A DNA stretch of 64,000 nucleotides from Candidatus Bathyarchaeia archaeon (GCA_049512075.1 JBEKXL010000014.1:1-64000), one strand, 5' to 3'. Counted from the first letter of the stretch, positions 11,279-21,208 are shown. Notes: generated by a model from the letters alone, not told the origin. Numbers and translations are program-made.

Positions 11279-13477
11279 TTAGGTTTCGTTGGAGCGGTCG
11301 AAGTAGGTGAGTGTGCTGACGGCGTTGCATTTGGGGCATTTGCTTGTTTGGCCGGGCCAGGTTTTTTTGCAGTTTGTGCAGTAGGTTGTTTTGCGGTTGT
11401 AGGTGAAGAATTCTGGGTTGTTGTTTTCTATTAGTTGTTTGGTTATGGAGAGGAGCTGTTCTGGTTCGTGTGTTGTTTCGTCGAGTTCGATTATGGTTAG
11501 GTTTCCGCCTGTCTGGGTCTGTCTTGTTTTGTGTTGTGGGGTTTGGGGTTTTTTGGGGAGGTTGCCGTTTTGGAGGGTGAGTTTGTCTGTTGTGGAGTAG
11601 TGGGGTTTGTCTCTTGTTCCTGTGAAGTGGACTTTTGCGATTCCGTATCTTTCGATGTCGATTTGTGCCAGTCTGGTGGAGGCTTCGGGGTTTGGCATTG
11701 TTGCTGGGTAGACGTGTTTTCCGCGTTTTTTTCCGATTTTGTTTATGAAGCTTGTGATGTTCTGTGCGGTTTCTTCGGCGAAGGTTTGGGTTTTTTCGTC
11801 GTTGATGCTTTTGTCGGTGAAGGCTTCTGCTGCTTCTGTTAGTCCTGCGAGGTTTATGGTGTGTATGGTTTTTTCGAGTCTGAAGTACTGGTCGCCGTTG
11901 TTTTCTTGTGTGAGGAAGGGGAGCAGGTTTTTGGCGTGTTGTCTGAGGGCTTGGTGTTTGATGTCTAGGGCGCGGTTTGCCATTTCGAGTCTTTCCTTGA
12001 GGGTTTCGAGGAATTTTGCGGGGTCTTTTTCGGTTTCGTAGGCGACGCGGGGCACGTTTACTGTTACGGTGCCCAGGCATCCTGTGCGGAGGGTGTCGAT
12101 TTCCCAGTCGCCGTTTGGTTCTGCGTCGATTTTGAATCCGGAGGGGCTGTGGACGGTTTGTTCGTGGTTTTTTTCGGTTAGGTTTGCGAAGTAGGGTGTG
12201 CCGTTGTGTGCTGCGAGTGCGTGGGCTTTGAGGAGGATGGCTCTTGCTGTTTCGTCTTTGAGTGTTTCTGGGCGTATTTTGACTGTGAGTTTGGGGTTGG
12301 CCAGCGGTTTTTGGAGGCTTTCTTCAGCGAATGCTTCGAGGAGCAGTGATGCTAGCTGCTGCGCTTCTTCCGCGTAGTCTGCGTATTTGCCGGCTTGTTC
12401 GCCGTTGGGTCCGGTGGCAGGTTTGTCAGCTAGATGTTTGGGTGTTGTGAGTTCTAGGTTTATGGCGGTGTCTGTGTGTTGGCTTAGGTTTGTTATGAAC
12501 TGGTGGAGTGCTTCTTTGGTTCTTGTGGGTTCGGTGTTTTTTGTGTATGGGGCGAGGAAGGTGTTGAGGTATTCGAGTGTTTGGGTTGTTTCTGTTTCTT
12601 TTGCTGCGTGTAGGAGGGCGTTGAATATGGTTGTGAGTGCTGTTTCTAGGTTTTTGGGTGGGGGTTGGTTGGGTTGGGTGGGGTTGATGGTTTCTAGGTT
12701 TAGGCCGTTTTGTAGGAAGAATCGTGTGTCGTGTATGGTTTCTGTGGGTTTGAGGATCCATGTGCTGAGGTTGTTGATGTGGAGGGTGCCTGAGAGGTGG
12801 GCGTCTGCGATGTCTCTTGGCAGTGTGTTGAGTAGTGTGTATTCTTTGAAGACTGTTTGTCCTGCGGCTTCGAGGGGGTTTGTTGTTTGTGGTGTTGTGT
12901 GGAGGAGGTTGGTGACGTCGTGGACGGGTATTCCTAGGCGTGTGAGCTTGTTGCGGTATTCTTCGAGGCCTTTTTCGATGAGGATGGCGTTTACTACTTC
13001 TCTTACGAGTGGGGCTGTTAGGTATTTGGTTTTGGATTTGAGGAGTTGGGTTTCGGCTTCTTTGGCTACTTTTTGTGCTTGTTCGGGGGGCATTTTGGCT
13101 TCTTTTATTAGTGCGTTTGCGATTTTGTTGGGGTCGAATTCTTCTATTGCTGATCTGCTTGCGCGGATGAGTATGTTTTTGGGTTTGTTGGCTTTTTTGT
13201 CTATTCTGTTGGCGACGTCGATGACCATTTTGCCGAGGTCGGTTAGGCCGTATTTTTTTTGGTCCACTAGGGCTTCGATGAGGTCTGCTTTGAGTAGGAA
13301 TTTTAGGTGGTAGGCGAAGCGTCCTGCGTCTCGGCTTGGGTTCATTTTCAGGCTGCTCATGAGTTCTGTGTAGCTGAGGGGGCCTTTGTCGAAGAGTAGG
13401 TTGAGTATTTGCAGTCTGAGGGGTGAGCTGACGGCTTTGAGGATTTTGATTCCGTGGGTGCGGCTGGCTGTTGACAA
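11279..13477 (-). CDS. ArsR-type wHTH + ATP-cone + class III ribonucleotide reductase (NrdD)-like protein, apparently catalytically dead
   Basis: N-terminal SSPLRLQIL...FAYHLKFL wHTH; IRASRSAIEEFDPNKI ATP-cone; NrdD-like ADAHLSGTLHI, FLAPY, GTPYF, TVNVPR and CxxC...CPxC Zn site. Ends FDRSNET without the glycyl-radical RxxGY. Confidence 0.85.
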   Translation of the reverse strand: MSTASRTHGIKILKAVSSPLRLQILNLLFDKGPLSYTELMSSLKMNPSRDAGRFAYHLKFLLKADLIEALVDQKKYGLTDLGKMVIDVANRIDKKANKPKNILIRASRSAIEEFDPNKIANALIKEAKMPPEQAQKVAKEAETQLLKSKTKYLTAPLVREVVNAILIEKGLEEYRNKLTRLGIPVHDVTNLLHTTPQTTNPLEAAGQTVFKEYTLLNTLPRDIADAHLSGTLHINNLSTWILKPTETIHDTRFFLQNGLNLETINPTQPNQPPPKNLETALTTIFNALLHAAKETETTQTLEYLNTFLAPYTKNTEPTRTKEALHQFITNLSQHTDTAINLELTTPKHLADKPATGPNGEQAGKYADYAEEAQQLASLLLEAFAEESLQKPLANPKLTVKIRPETLKDETARAILLKAHALAAHNGTPYFANLTEKNHEQTVHSPSGFKIDAEPNGDWEIDTLRTGCLGTVTVNVPRVAYETEKDPAKFLETLKERLEMANRALDIKHQALRQHAKNLLPFLTQENNGDQYFRLEKTIHTINLAGLTEAAEAFTDKSINDEKTQTFAEETAQNITSFINKIGKKRGKHVYPATMPNPEASTRLAQIDIERYGIAKVHFTGTRDKPHYSTTDKLTLQNGNLPKKPQTPQHKTRQTQTGGNLTIIELDETTHEPEQLLSITKQLIENNNPEFFTYNRKTTYCTNCKKTWPGQTSKCPKCNAVSTLTYFDRSNET

Positions 13478-13598
13478 GGTTGTTTGTGGGCCTCTTCTTT
13501 TTGTGGGGGTGTAGTATTTTTGGGTGTGGGGGGTTTAAAGGTGTTGGGATAGGCTTATTTTGCTGTTTTGAAGATAGGATGGGTATGCGCGTGTGGGC

Positions 13599-13676
13599 GG
13601 GGCTGTCGGCTAGTTTGGTCTAGGCTTGTAGCCTCGGGCGCTATAGACCCCGGTTCAAATCCGGGCAGCCCCACCA
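13599..13676 (+). tRNA. tRNA-Pro (CGG), encoded CCA
   Basis: GGGGCTG...GTAGC CT CGG GC GCTAT...GGTTCAAATCC...CAGCCCCACCA. Confidence 0.96.
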
Positions 13677-13825
13677 TAGTTTGGGTTGGAGAGCCGTTGC
13701 TGCGCTTCCTGAACGACGTGAGAGAAAGTGTTGTGTTTTTCTTTTTTTGGAGAAGGGTGTTTTGGGCTTCTTTTCAGTGGCAAGGTTTAAGTCATGGGTT
13801 GTCCACGTCTGGGTTCGGCGTGTTC

Positions 13826-13905
13826 AGGCGTGATTCGTATGGGAAAGGCTTGAATCGTATGGGAAAGGTGTGAATCGTATGGGAAAGGCGTGAATGTATG
13901 GGAGG
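13826..13905 (+). repeat. Tandem 20-bp repeat (TGAATCGTATGGGAAAGGCG), about 3.7 copies
   Basis: Units start at 13831, 13851 and 13871, with a degenerate fourth at 13891; no spacers. Confidence 0.9.
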
Positions 13906-13916
13906 GGTGTGGTTCG

Positions 13917-14219
13917 TTGCCGTTGACTGAGTCTGTGTTCTTTAAAGCGGTGTTGCAGAGGGAAAACCGAATTCAGGTTCCCAGGTTGTTTCGTTGGCAG
14001 TACAAGATGGAGGCGTGTGAGGTGTTGAGGGTCAGTGTTCGGGTTGAGGGTGGTTTCGTGGATGAGGGGTTTCTTGCGAGGATGACGAAGGATGGTCGCT
14101 TGACTGTTCCGAAGTTGACTTTGAAGCTTCTGCGGGAGGGCGAAGAAAAAAGTTTGGAAGGCTGCGTCCTCGAAGTCACGGTTGAGCCGGCGGACGAGCA
14201 GGTGAAGAGCCGGGGCTGA
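13917..14219 (+). CDS. Tandem AbrB/SpoVT-like (swapped-hairpin) DNA-binding protein
   Basis: Two modules: FKAVLQRENRIQVPRLFR and FLARMTKDGRLTVPKL. Start is likely TTG (MPLTE). Confidence 0.7.
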   Translation: MPLTESVFFKAVLQRENRIQVPRLFRWQYKMEACEVLRVSVRVEGGFVDEGFLARMTKDGRLTVPKLTLKLLREGEEKSLEGCVLEVTVEPADEQVKSRG

Positions 14220-14455
14220 ACTCTTAAGGTCCTGTGTCAGCACAAACCGGGAAACTTCCAGAGCTGTCCTCGACCACGCCTGGAACCTCGCGCGCTCTAG
14301 CAGTCTGTACTTGCTGGGGCCTTTTTTTGGCACCTCGCGTGTTAACGCGGTGATGGAGCACACGCTGACTCGCTGCGAGGACGTGAGATGGATGGAAGGT
14401 CGCATAGGCAGACGTGGGTGGAACGAGGATGGTGGAAAAGGCGGGTGCGAAAGCG

Positions 14456-15082
14456 TCATTGATTCTTTTGAGGATGCGATTTCTTGGACTTTATGATTCC
14501 AATGATTGAGGTGCCGACAGCAACTGGGAGAAGCAGTTCTACTAGAAGCGTTCCGTCCTGAAATAATGCAAAGGGCGTCGTCTTGCTGCGTATGCTCGCC
14601 GTCATCGGAAAATAGTCCTGTGGAACTGATACTTCTGTTGTTTCGGACTGGAGTTTGATGTCCAACTTTATCGTTGTGGAAAACCGTGAGAATTGTTGAA
14701 CACTGGCTGCATCCTCTTTCTTCTCGTCAAGCACTTCAGGGCGTATTGCAGCTTCCCACATGCTTTGCTGTGTGTAGCTCTTGAGAGTCAGTCTCATGGC
14801 CGCGTCTGCTTCCCATGGGCGTTCCGCAATATCGTTCTTGGCCATCGGTACATTCATCTGGCTGTTTTGGGGATCCGCATAAGAAAGCGTTACAGAACTG
14901 ATGGGTTCTTGTGATGCCAGTACAACACTCAAAACCATGGTCCCATTGGCATCTGCGGGATCCGTAATGCTGATGCTGAGTATTCTAATCTTTTCGTTTT
15001 CTTGAGCGGATGCGGCATGGACTGACAACCCACACGCCAGCAGGATTGCAACAAAAAGGATAACCGACAATATCTTCTGCAT
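14456..15082 (-). CDS. Secreted hypothetical protein with C-terminal TM anchor
   Basis: MQKILSVILFVAILLAC...ASA signal peptide; LLVELLLPVAVGTSIIGII-KSKK tail. Confidence 0.7.
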   Translation of the reverse strand: MQKILSVILFVAILLACGLSVHAASAQENEKIRILSISITDPADANGTMVLSVVLASQEPISSVTLSYADPQNSQMNVPMAKNDIAERPWEADAAMRLTLKSYTQQSMWEAAIRPEVLDEKKEDAASVQQFSRFSTTIKLDIKLQSETTEVSVPQDYFPMTASIRSKTTPFALFQDGTLLVELLLPVAVGTSIIGIIKSKKSHPQKNQ

Positions 15083-15905
15083 TAGTGTCCCAAATGTACA
15101 GTACTGGTTACACCAGTTAAATCTTTCGCAGCTTCCCTGAGAATGCGTGCGGCAAGATATTCGCAAAGCCCAAAGATCCTCTGGCTTCCGAGCAGTAAAC
15201 CGCGACTTCAGGATCCCGGTGCTTTTCCAACATGGTAGTGCGGTGGATGTGGTTTGAAGCTCGTTCAAAGCGCTAAGATGGAGAGATGTCACTACTGTGG
15301 CAGAATGGTCCCGCATTTTGCGATGGACTTTCATGAGTATTATGAATGCAAAAAAACCAAGAGCGGGCACTAGAAAAATGTCTGATGATAAGTGAATGAA
15401 ACTGATTCTTAGTGGAAAGAAGTCTGATAATTAGTCAGCCATTGCCCCAAACAGTCTTCAGAACGGGGCTTCAATGAAAAAGAGGAAGATTCTTGGACTC
15501 AGGAAGGCGGGGAAAATTTGTTTAGCTAGTTCAATGCTCGCCGGACCAGCTTTTGGGGTGACATTTCAATAGTTTATTTAGCAAAGTGGACCTGTAGTCT
15601 GCCATTGGGCGCCGATTGTCTGCAAATCGAAAGGTCAAATCTTCCGATTTAGGCAGGTTCTGAACCCATCTGGGTTTAGGGACGGGCAGCCAAGTAGCAC
15701 TAAAGATTGAAGACTCCATCTACAAAAACCTCTACCGCGAACAAGGCCTGAAAAGCGTGCAAATCCTGGGATGCCCCCTCGCCAGCGCTGTAGCCTGCGC
15801 GATAGCAAAAGTCTCAGGCAAAACAGTAACCGTGAACCAAGTCAACATCTCTCCGAACGCGGAAACCGTGGAAATCACGTACACCCTCCAAGAGAGTTGA
15901 GCAAC

Positions 15906-16112
15906 ATGCACTTCCCACTCACACTGTCCGACATAAGCCTCTGGCTCGCCGCCACCGCAATCATACTCCTAATCACCTCCGAACTGCTGGCCTCCTCAAC
16001 AACATACTCCCGCAGCATCATACTTGAAAAGAAACGCCTCAGACTCATAGCCCTCGCACTCGGGGTAGGCTTCATGGCCACCGTCGTCATGCGCGTATTC
16101 CAACCCTTCTAA
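15906..16112 (+). CDS. Small two-TM membrane protein
   Basis: MHFPLTLSDISLWLAATAIILLITSELL...KKRLRLIALALG. Confidence 0.75.
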   Translation: MHFPLTLSDISLWLAATAIILLITSELLASSTTYSRSIILEKKRLRLIALALGVGFMATVVMRVFQPF

Positions 16113-16282
16113 CCCTTAGTCAAGTACCATCAGAGCCACAAAACGCGCGCCATTCTTAAGGCATATTTGTATTGTATCGTAGGCCCGGGGTAGGGGCCCG
16201 CCTGAACATACACGCCAAAAGCGCCCGCATAAACCATAAAGCTTATAAACGTAGAATTCCCTCTTTAAAGTGGGAATACAAA

Positions 16283-16501
16283 ATGGAAATCCAGATTGGC
16301 GATAAAGGAAGGATGACCCTTCCCCTCAAATTAAGAATGCTGCTAGGCATAAAAGAAGGCGACTGTTTAACCATTGAAATCGCAACCGGTGGCATATTCC
16401 TCAAGCCTAAAGGCGCCTCAGCAAAAGAAGTGTGGGGAGCAGCCAAGCTCAAGAAAGTTGAAATCGAAGAGATAGAAGAAGCACTCGGCACGGAATCTTA
16501 G
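16283..16501 (+). CDS. AbrB/MazE-type antitoxin (VapB-like)
   Basis: IGDKGRMTLPLKLRMLLGIKEGD; directly abuts the PIN gene. Confidence 0.85.
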   Translation: MEIQIGDKGRMTLPLKLRMLLGIKEGDCLTIEIATGGIFLKPKGASAKEVWGAAKLKKVEIEEIEEALGTES

Positions 16502-16903
16502 GTGCGCTTCGTAGACTCAAACGTCTTCGTGTATCACTTGGCCGCGGATCCCATTCATGGGCAAACAGCCAAGAACCTTATGGAAAAAATAGAAGCTGGT
16601 GAAAAGTCAGCCACATCGACGCTTGTAATCGCCCAAGTGTGCAGCTATCTCAAATGGAAAAGAATGCAAAACGTAATACCCCTATTCCTATCCTTCCTAA
16701 AAGGACTAACCACCCTACAAAAAATCGAAACCCACATGCTAGACTTCGAAGAAGCCAGAAGCATCCAATCACAACTCAACCTGCCATGGTCCATGTGGGA
16801 CGACATGGTAATCGCCGCACAGATGAAGAGGCTCAACCTAAAGGAAATCTACTCAAACGACGGTGACTTCGACAAAATTCCATGGATAAAACGAATCTTC
16901 TGA
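16502..16903 (+). CDS. vapC: PIN-domain toxin (VapC)
   Basis: FVDSNVFVY...WDDMVIAAQM...IYSNDGDFDKIPWIKRIF. Confidence 0.9.
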   Translation: MRFVDSNVFVYHLAADPIHGQTAKNLMEKIEAGEKSATSTLVIAQVCSYLKWKRMQNVIPLFLSFLKGLTTLQKIETHMLDFEEARSIQSQLNLPWSMWDDMVIAAQMKRLNLKEIYSNDGDFDKIPWIKRIF

Positions 16904-17145
16904 GACCAGAAACCCACAGCCCTCTCATCATGCTAACAGACAGTCTGGGATTCTGGTCTTAGCGCGCGCGAGTCTTGTGGATTGCCCCACGGCGCTGGAT
17001 TATTGCTCGGATCATGCAACTTCTAGAGTTTTTGTGTGGGCGTTTGAGCGGGCGTGCTGGCGGTTTGGGACGGAATATTTGGCTGGGATATATCTGGATG
17101 TTAACAAGTGTTATATGTTGTTTTGATGGACATGCATGATGAGGT

Positions 17146-17358
17146 TTGTTGGCTGTGCGTAGAGACTTGCGCATACGGAATCGACCTGTCCTCTTGCTGC
17201 TTCTGCCCGTTGTACTGGTTTTCTGGATGGTCGGCTGGGTTCTCTATTACACGGGTTCTGAGGGTGGCCGGCACAGAGCGGTATCTGATACTGTCAGGGA
17301 TGACGGGGTGGAGGTTGGCGTCGTGCTGCTGGAAGAAGAGACTGAGGTTAACAGCTAG
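17146..17358 (+). CDS. Small single-TM hypothetical protein
   Basis: RNRPVLLLLLPVVLVFWMVGWVLYYTG hydrophobic stretch, acidic tail, GAGG upstream. Confidence 0.55.
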   Translation: MLAVRRDLRIRNRPVLLLLLPVVLVFWMVGWVLYYTGSEGGRHRAVSDTVRDDGVEVGVVLLEEETEVNS

Positions 17359-17557
17359 TCTCGACGATTCTTGGATTCATGTGGCGCATGCGCTACGTTG
17401 CCCTGGGTGCTGAGCGCGCTCGCTGTGTTGAGAAGGCCGTGTCATAGCGCTTTTGGTGTTGCAAGGGTTGGGGTTTGTTGGTTCTGTTTCTTGGTTATCA
17501 ATTTTGGGTTCTTGGGGTTTAAGGTTTGAATGTGTTTGGTTTTTTTTGGAGTTGGGG

Positions 17558-18478
17558 TTATCTGGTTTTTTGGTTGCGTTTTGGTTTTATCGTTATGAGG
17601 TAGATTGTTGTGATTGCTAGGGCGATTGTTATGATGATTAGGATGTAGTTGAGGTTTCTGCTGAAGTCGAGTTGTCCTATTATGGAGTTGTAGTTTGTGA
17701 GTTGGCCGGCGTAGCTTGAGTTGAGTAGGTTGTAGTCTTGCATGAGGGTGGCGTAGCTGGTGTTTAGGGTTTGGAAGTTTGTTTGGAGGCCGTTGAAGCT
17801 TGATGAGAGCGAGACGAAGGCGGTTGTTAGGTTGCCGTAGTTGGTTGAGAGGAGGTTGTAGTTGGCTGAGAGCGAGTTGTAGTTGGTGTTCAGCACGTTG
17901 TACTGGGAGATCAGCGTGTTGAAGTTTAATGTGTCGTTGTTGTGTTCGGCCAAGAGTGTCGTGTAGTTTGCGGACAATTCGTTGAAGTCGGCCAGTAGTT
18001 GCGTGTAGTTGCCGAGGATGTTGGTGTAGTTGGCCAATAACGAGTTGTATGTGTCGTTCAGGGCGAGGTACTCGGGGGATGGGACGAATTCTGTGATGGT
18101 GAAGGTGAAGTAAAAGGTTACTTGGCCATAGGGAACGACGTTTGAGTCGACTCGGATGGTGTGGTTTCCTTTGTCGGAGGATGGTGGTTCGGTTGGGACG
18201 GTTATGTTGTAGTTCTCGGACGTGCCGCTTGCTCCGGGGACACCTTGCTGGTTTAGACCTATTGTGATGTTGTCCCAGAAGATATCGGCTGACTGCACAT
18301 TCTGCACGCTGGCATTCAGCGAGGTGAATCTGAGAAGGATTGTTGTGTTGGCTCCTCCTTGTGCTGGAAGTATTTCCGCCTGAATCTGGTCGGCTTGCGC
18401 GTTTACGTGAACCACTGTTACGAACGTTAGAGATAGTACGAGGAGGGCTGGGAGCAAGATTTTCCACGGTTTGATCAT
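17558..18478 (-). CDS. Secreted Ig-like + heptad coiled-coil + C-terminal TM protein (stalk-like)
   Basis: Signal peptide; beta-rich domain; repeated Y/F-N-x-L-x-x-N heptads; TM helix followed by KPKRNQKTR. Confidence 0.8.
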   Translation of the reverse strand: MIKPWKILLPALLVLSLTFVTVVHVNAQADQIQAEILPAQGGANTTILLRFTSLNASVQNVQSADIFWDNITIGLNQQGVPGASGTSENYNITVPTEPPSSDKGNHTIRVDSNVVPYGQVTFYFTFTITEFVPSPEYLALNDTYNSLLANYTNILGNYTQLLADFNELSANYTTLLAEHNNDTLNFNTLISQYNVLNTNYNSLSANYNLLSTNYGNLTTAFVSLSSSFNGLQTNFQTLNTSYATLMQDYNLLNSSYAGQLTNYNSIIGQLDFSRNLNYILIIITIALAITTIYLITIKPKRNQKTR

Positions 18479-18640
18479 GATTGTCCACATCGCTTTGAGC
18501 GCACGCGCTTGATAGTTCATGTATCGTTTGAAGCTGTAGTTAAAGGCTTTGCCTTGTTTAGGTTTCATCTATTAATGCCCGTTACTGGTTGGGACAAAAT
18601 CGGGTTTATGTGGTTTTGTTGTGGGGTGGTCGAGTGCGGG

Positions 18641-19314
18641 TTAGGTTTCGTTGTAGCGGTCGAAGTGGATGAGTGTGCTGATGGCGTTGCATTGTGGGCA
18701 TTTGGTTTTTGTGGTTGGCCAGGTTTTTTTGCAGTTTGTGCAGTAGGTTGTTTTTTGGTTGTAGATGAATAGTTGCGGTTCGTGTGTTTCGAGTAGTTGT
18801 TTTGTGGTTTGCAGGAGTTGTTCGGCTGTGGGTGTGGTTTCGTTGAGTTCGATTATGTTTAGGTTTCCTAAGGGTTGGGGTGGAGTGGTTTGTTGGGGTT
18901 GTGGTGTGTTGAGGTTTTGGAGTGTGAGCGTGTTTGTTGTGGTGTAGTGGCGTTTGTCTCGGGTGCCTGCGTAGCGGATTTTGGCGATGCCGTATCTTTA
19001 TATGTCTAGCCGTGCTAGTCTGGTTGTGGCTTCGGGGTTTGGGAGTGTTGCGGTTTGGAGGTGTTTTCCGCGTTTTCTGCTCATTTTGTTGATGATGTTG
19101 TTGATTTCGTTGATGGTTTCTGTTTGGAAGGTTTGGGCTTCCGGGGTGTCGAGGGTTTTGCCTGTGAAGGCTTCTGTGGCTTCTTTGAGTCCTGCGAGGT
19201 TTATGGCATGGGCGGCGTTTTCGAGTCTGTAGTATTCATCGCCGTTGCTGCTTTGGGTGAGGAATGGGAGGAGGCTTTTGGCGTGCTGTCTGAGGGTTTG
19301 ATGTTTGATTTCTA
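18641..19314 (-). pseudogene. 5'-truncated diverged paralog of the HTH-NrdD-like gene (C-terminal third) with an internal TAA
   Basis: Translates LEIKHQTLRQHAKSLLPFL...LDI*RYGIAK...CTNCKK...CPQCNAISTLIHFDRYNET*. GAA is replaced by TAA at 18998-19000. Confidence 0.85.
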
Positions 19315-19487
19315 GAAACTCAAGCTATTCCGGCCTAGAGTCAAACTATAAGGCTGTTGTTGGCCAATTGGACTTCACCAGAAATCTCAGCTACGTCTTC
19401 ATCACATCAACGATTGTCTTAGCAGTCTCGACCGTCTACTTCGCAATATATAGAGAACCAAAACCAGCTTCGAAAACAAGATACTAG
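19315..19487 (+). pseudogene. 3' fragment of a paralog of the coiled-coil stalk gene (17558-18478), inverted
   Basis: NSSYSGLESNYKAVVGQLDFTRNLSYVFI...KTRY aligns to NSSYAGQLTNYNSIIGQLDFSRNLNYILI...KTR. Fused to the nrdD fragment at TCTAGA (about 19311-19316). Confidence 0.75.
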
Positions 19488-19909
19488 CCTTGCCAAATCG
19501 AATTGCGCTCAACGTTTGCTGCTCAAGCTCTCGAACCCGTTATTATCTCAGGGCTGATGATGTTTCTGGCAACACTTAGAACGCGTGCTCTGATGTGGGT
19601 TTCAGTTCCTTGTTTTGGTGTTTAATTCATGGTTTTTTTATGATTTCACGACGGGTGGGTTCTGCCCGGACGGTTGGTTTTGTTTGTTGGTTTTCCGTGT
19701 TGTTTTCTTTGTTTTTGGTTTGCTTAGTGTTCTAGAATGGGCGGAGTTTTGTTCTAGAAAACTTTCATAGATGTCTTGTGGAATATTGTTTAAATATTGG
19801 TTTTTCGACGGTTGTTGTCGTGTGAATGGGGGAAGTGTGGGTTGAGGCTGGCCAGTGTGGGTTTGATGTTGGTTGTTCTTGTCTGCTCCTGTCAGGGAGG
19901 GATTGGTTA

Positions 19910-20314
19910 GTGGGGCGTCTGGAGGAAAAGGGTAAGGGTCAGGCTGAGCGGGTTGAAGAGTTGAGGGTTGAGTGGAGGCGTTTGTGGAGGGAGCGGATTG
20001 ATGATAGGGCCAGGGCTGAGGGCATAGCGAACGAGGATTATTCTTCATTGTTTGTGGACAGGGGGACGGTGATTTTGGCGACTAGGGACTTCAAGTTGTT
20101 GACCTTCAAGGGCATTTTGGAGGAGCACGGGGTACCCGACGTGTACAGGTTTGTTTCGCCCAGTCCGGGGGTTGGCGGTTGGGGAAAGTTCATTAAGAGT
20201 TCGATCGTGCAGGGCAGACCCAGTGACCGTCGTGTCGCGCGGTGTTTTGTGGAGGAGGAGGAGAAGAAGCCGCAGCAGTTGAGGAAGGGCGGAAGAGGCT
20301 GGCTTCACGTTTAG
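19910..20314 (+). CDS. Conserved hypothetical protein, paralog 1 (ends KGGRGWLH)
   Basis: Paralog of 25902-26309 (EWxRLWxExxDDxxRAEG, GTVIxATRDFK, GGWxKFIK). GTG start after GGGAGG. Confidence 0.75.
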   Translation: MGRLEEKGKGQAERVEELRVEWRRLWRERIDDRARAEGIANEDYSSLFVDRGTVILATRDFKLLTFKGILEEHGVPDVYRFVSPSPGVGGWGKFIKSSIVQGRPSDRRVARCFVEEEEKKPQQLRKGGRGWLHV

Positions 20315-20431
20315 ATGAACTGTTCTGATTCTCTTTTTCGTTGGCGCGCGCAATGTAAATCTGTCTGAGCTAGTTGGGGTTCAGTTTGATACCTTTTTCA
20401 GGCGGGTCTTGGGTAGGGGTGGAGCATTCTT

Positions 20432-20460
20432 ATAGAATAAGATTCCATTATTGTTTAAAT
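20432..20460 (+). promoter_or_regulatory. Inverted-repeat operator ATAGAA-N5-TTCCAT plus TATA box
   Basis: The same motif lies just upstream of TATA-like boxes at 27966, 46950 and 60213. Confidence 0.55.
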
Positions 20461-20500
20461 GAGGCGAGGAGAAGGGTAATTCGTAGAAGCTGGATATGCT

Positions 20501-21202
20501 TTGTTGTTGGTGCATCAAATGCTTGACAGTCGAAGCGAAGTGTTGGCCATCATCGCCGCCTTGAATGAAGAAGAGGGCATAAGGCCCACGCTTGAAGAGC
20601 TTCGGCAGTCCCTGCAGAACCCTCGGATACTGGTCGTTGATGGCAAAAGCACTGACCGAACAGTGGAAGTCGCAGAGGACTTGGGTGCTGAGGTGATTCA
20701 ACAGGAAGGCAAGGGAAAAGGCGATGCGATAGCTAAAGCGATAAGCCATGTTGATTCAAAAGTTGAATACGTTGTCTTCACAGATGCAGACTACACTTAT
20801 CCAGCGACGTTTGTTCCTAAGATGATAAGGATTCTTGAAGAAAATCCCAAGATTGGCATGGTGTGCGGCAACAGGTTTAACTCACGGTTCCAAATGGAGA
20901 AGATGCATAGCCTGTTCTATATGGGAAACAGGCTCCTGGCTTTCACACACAATATGCTGAACGGCGTTGCAATGCGAGATCCACTGACAGGTTTAAGAGT
21001 TGTACGCTGGAAAATCCTTAAGGACTGGGCACCTAAATCTAAGGGATTCGACATTGAAGTTGAGCTGAATCATCATGTTGAGAGAAAGGGCTACGGCATC
21101 ATGGAGATAGACATACCCTATCGACGACGACTCGGCGAGAAAAAGCTGAAACTGAAACACGGCCTCACAATAGCCAAAAGAATCATGTTAGAAACGACCT
21201 AG
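20501..21202 (+). CDS. GT2 glycosyltransferase (Dol-P-sugar synthase-like), paralog 1
   Basis: AALNEEEGI, VVDGKSTDRT, GKGDAI, TDADYTYP, DPLTGLR, GFDIEVE, YRRRLGEKKL. Confidence 0.92.
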   Translation: MLLVHQMLDSRSEVLAIIAALNEEEGIRPTLEELRQSLQNPRILVVDGKSTDRTVEVAEDLGAEVIQQEGKGKGDAIAKAISHVDSKVEYVVFTDADYTYPATFVPKMIRILEENPKIGMVCGNRFNSRFQMEKMHSLFYMGNRLLAFTHNMLNGVAMRDPLTGLRVVRWKILKDWAPKSKGFDIEVELNHHVERKGYGIMEIDIPYRRRLGEKKLKLKHGLTIAKRIMLETT

Positions 21203-21208
21203 CGCGCT

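Noticed and set aside
13826-13905. CRISPR array
   Set aside because: Head-to-tail repeats with no spacers and no cas genes; the 3121 and 8031 repeats likewise have only two units.
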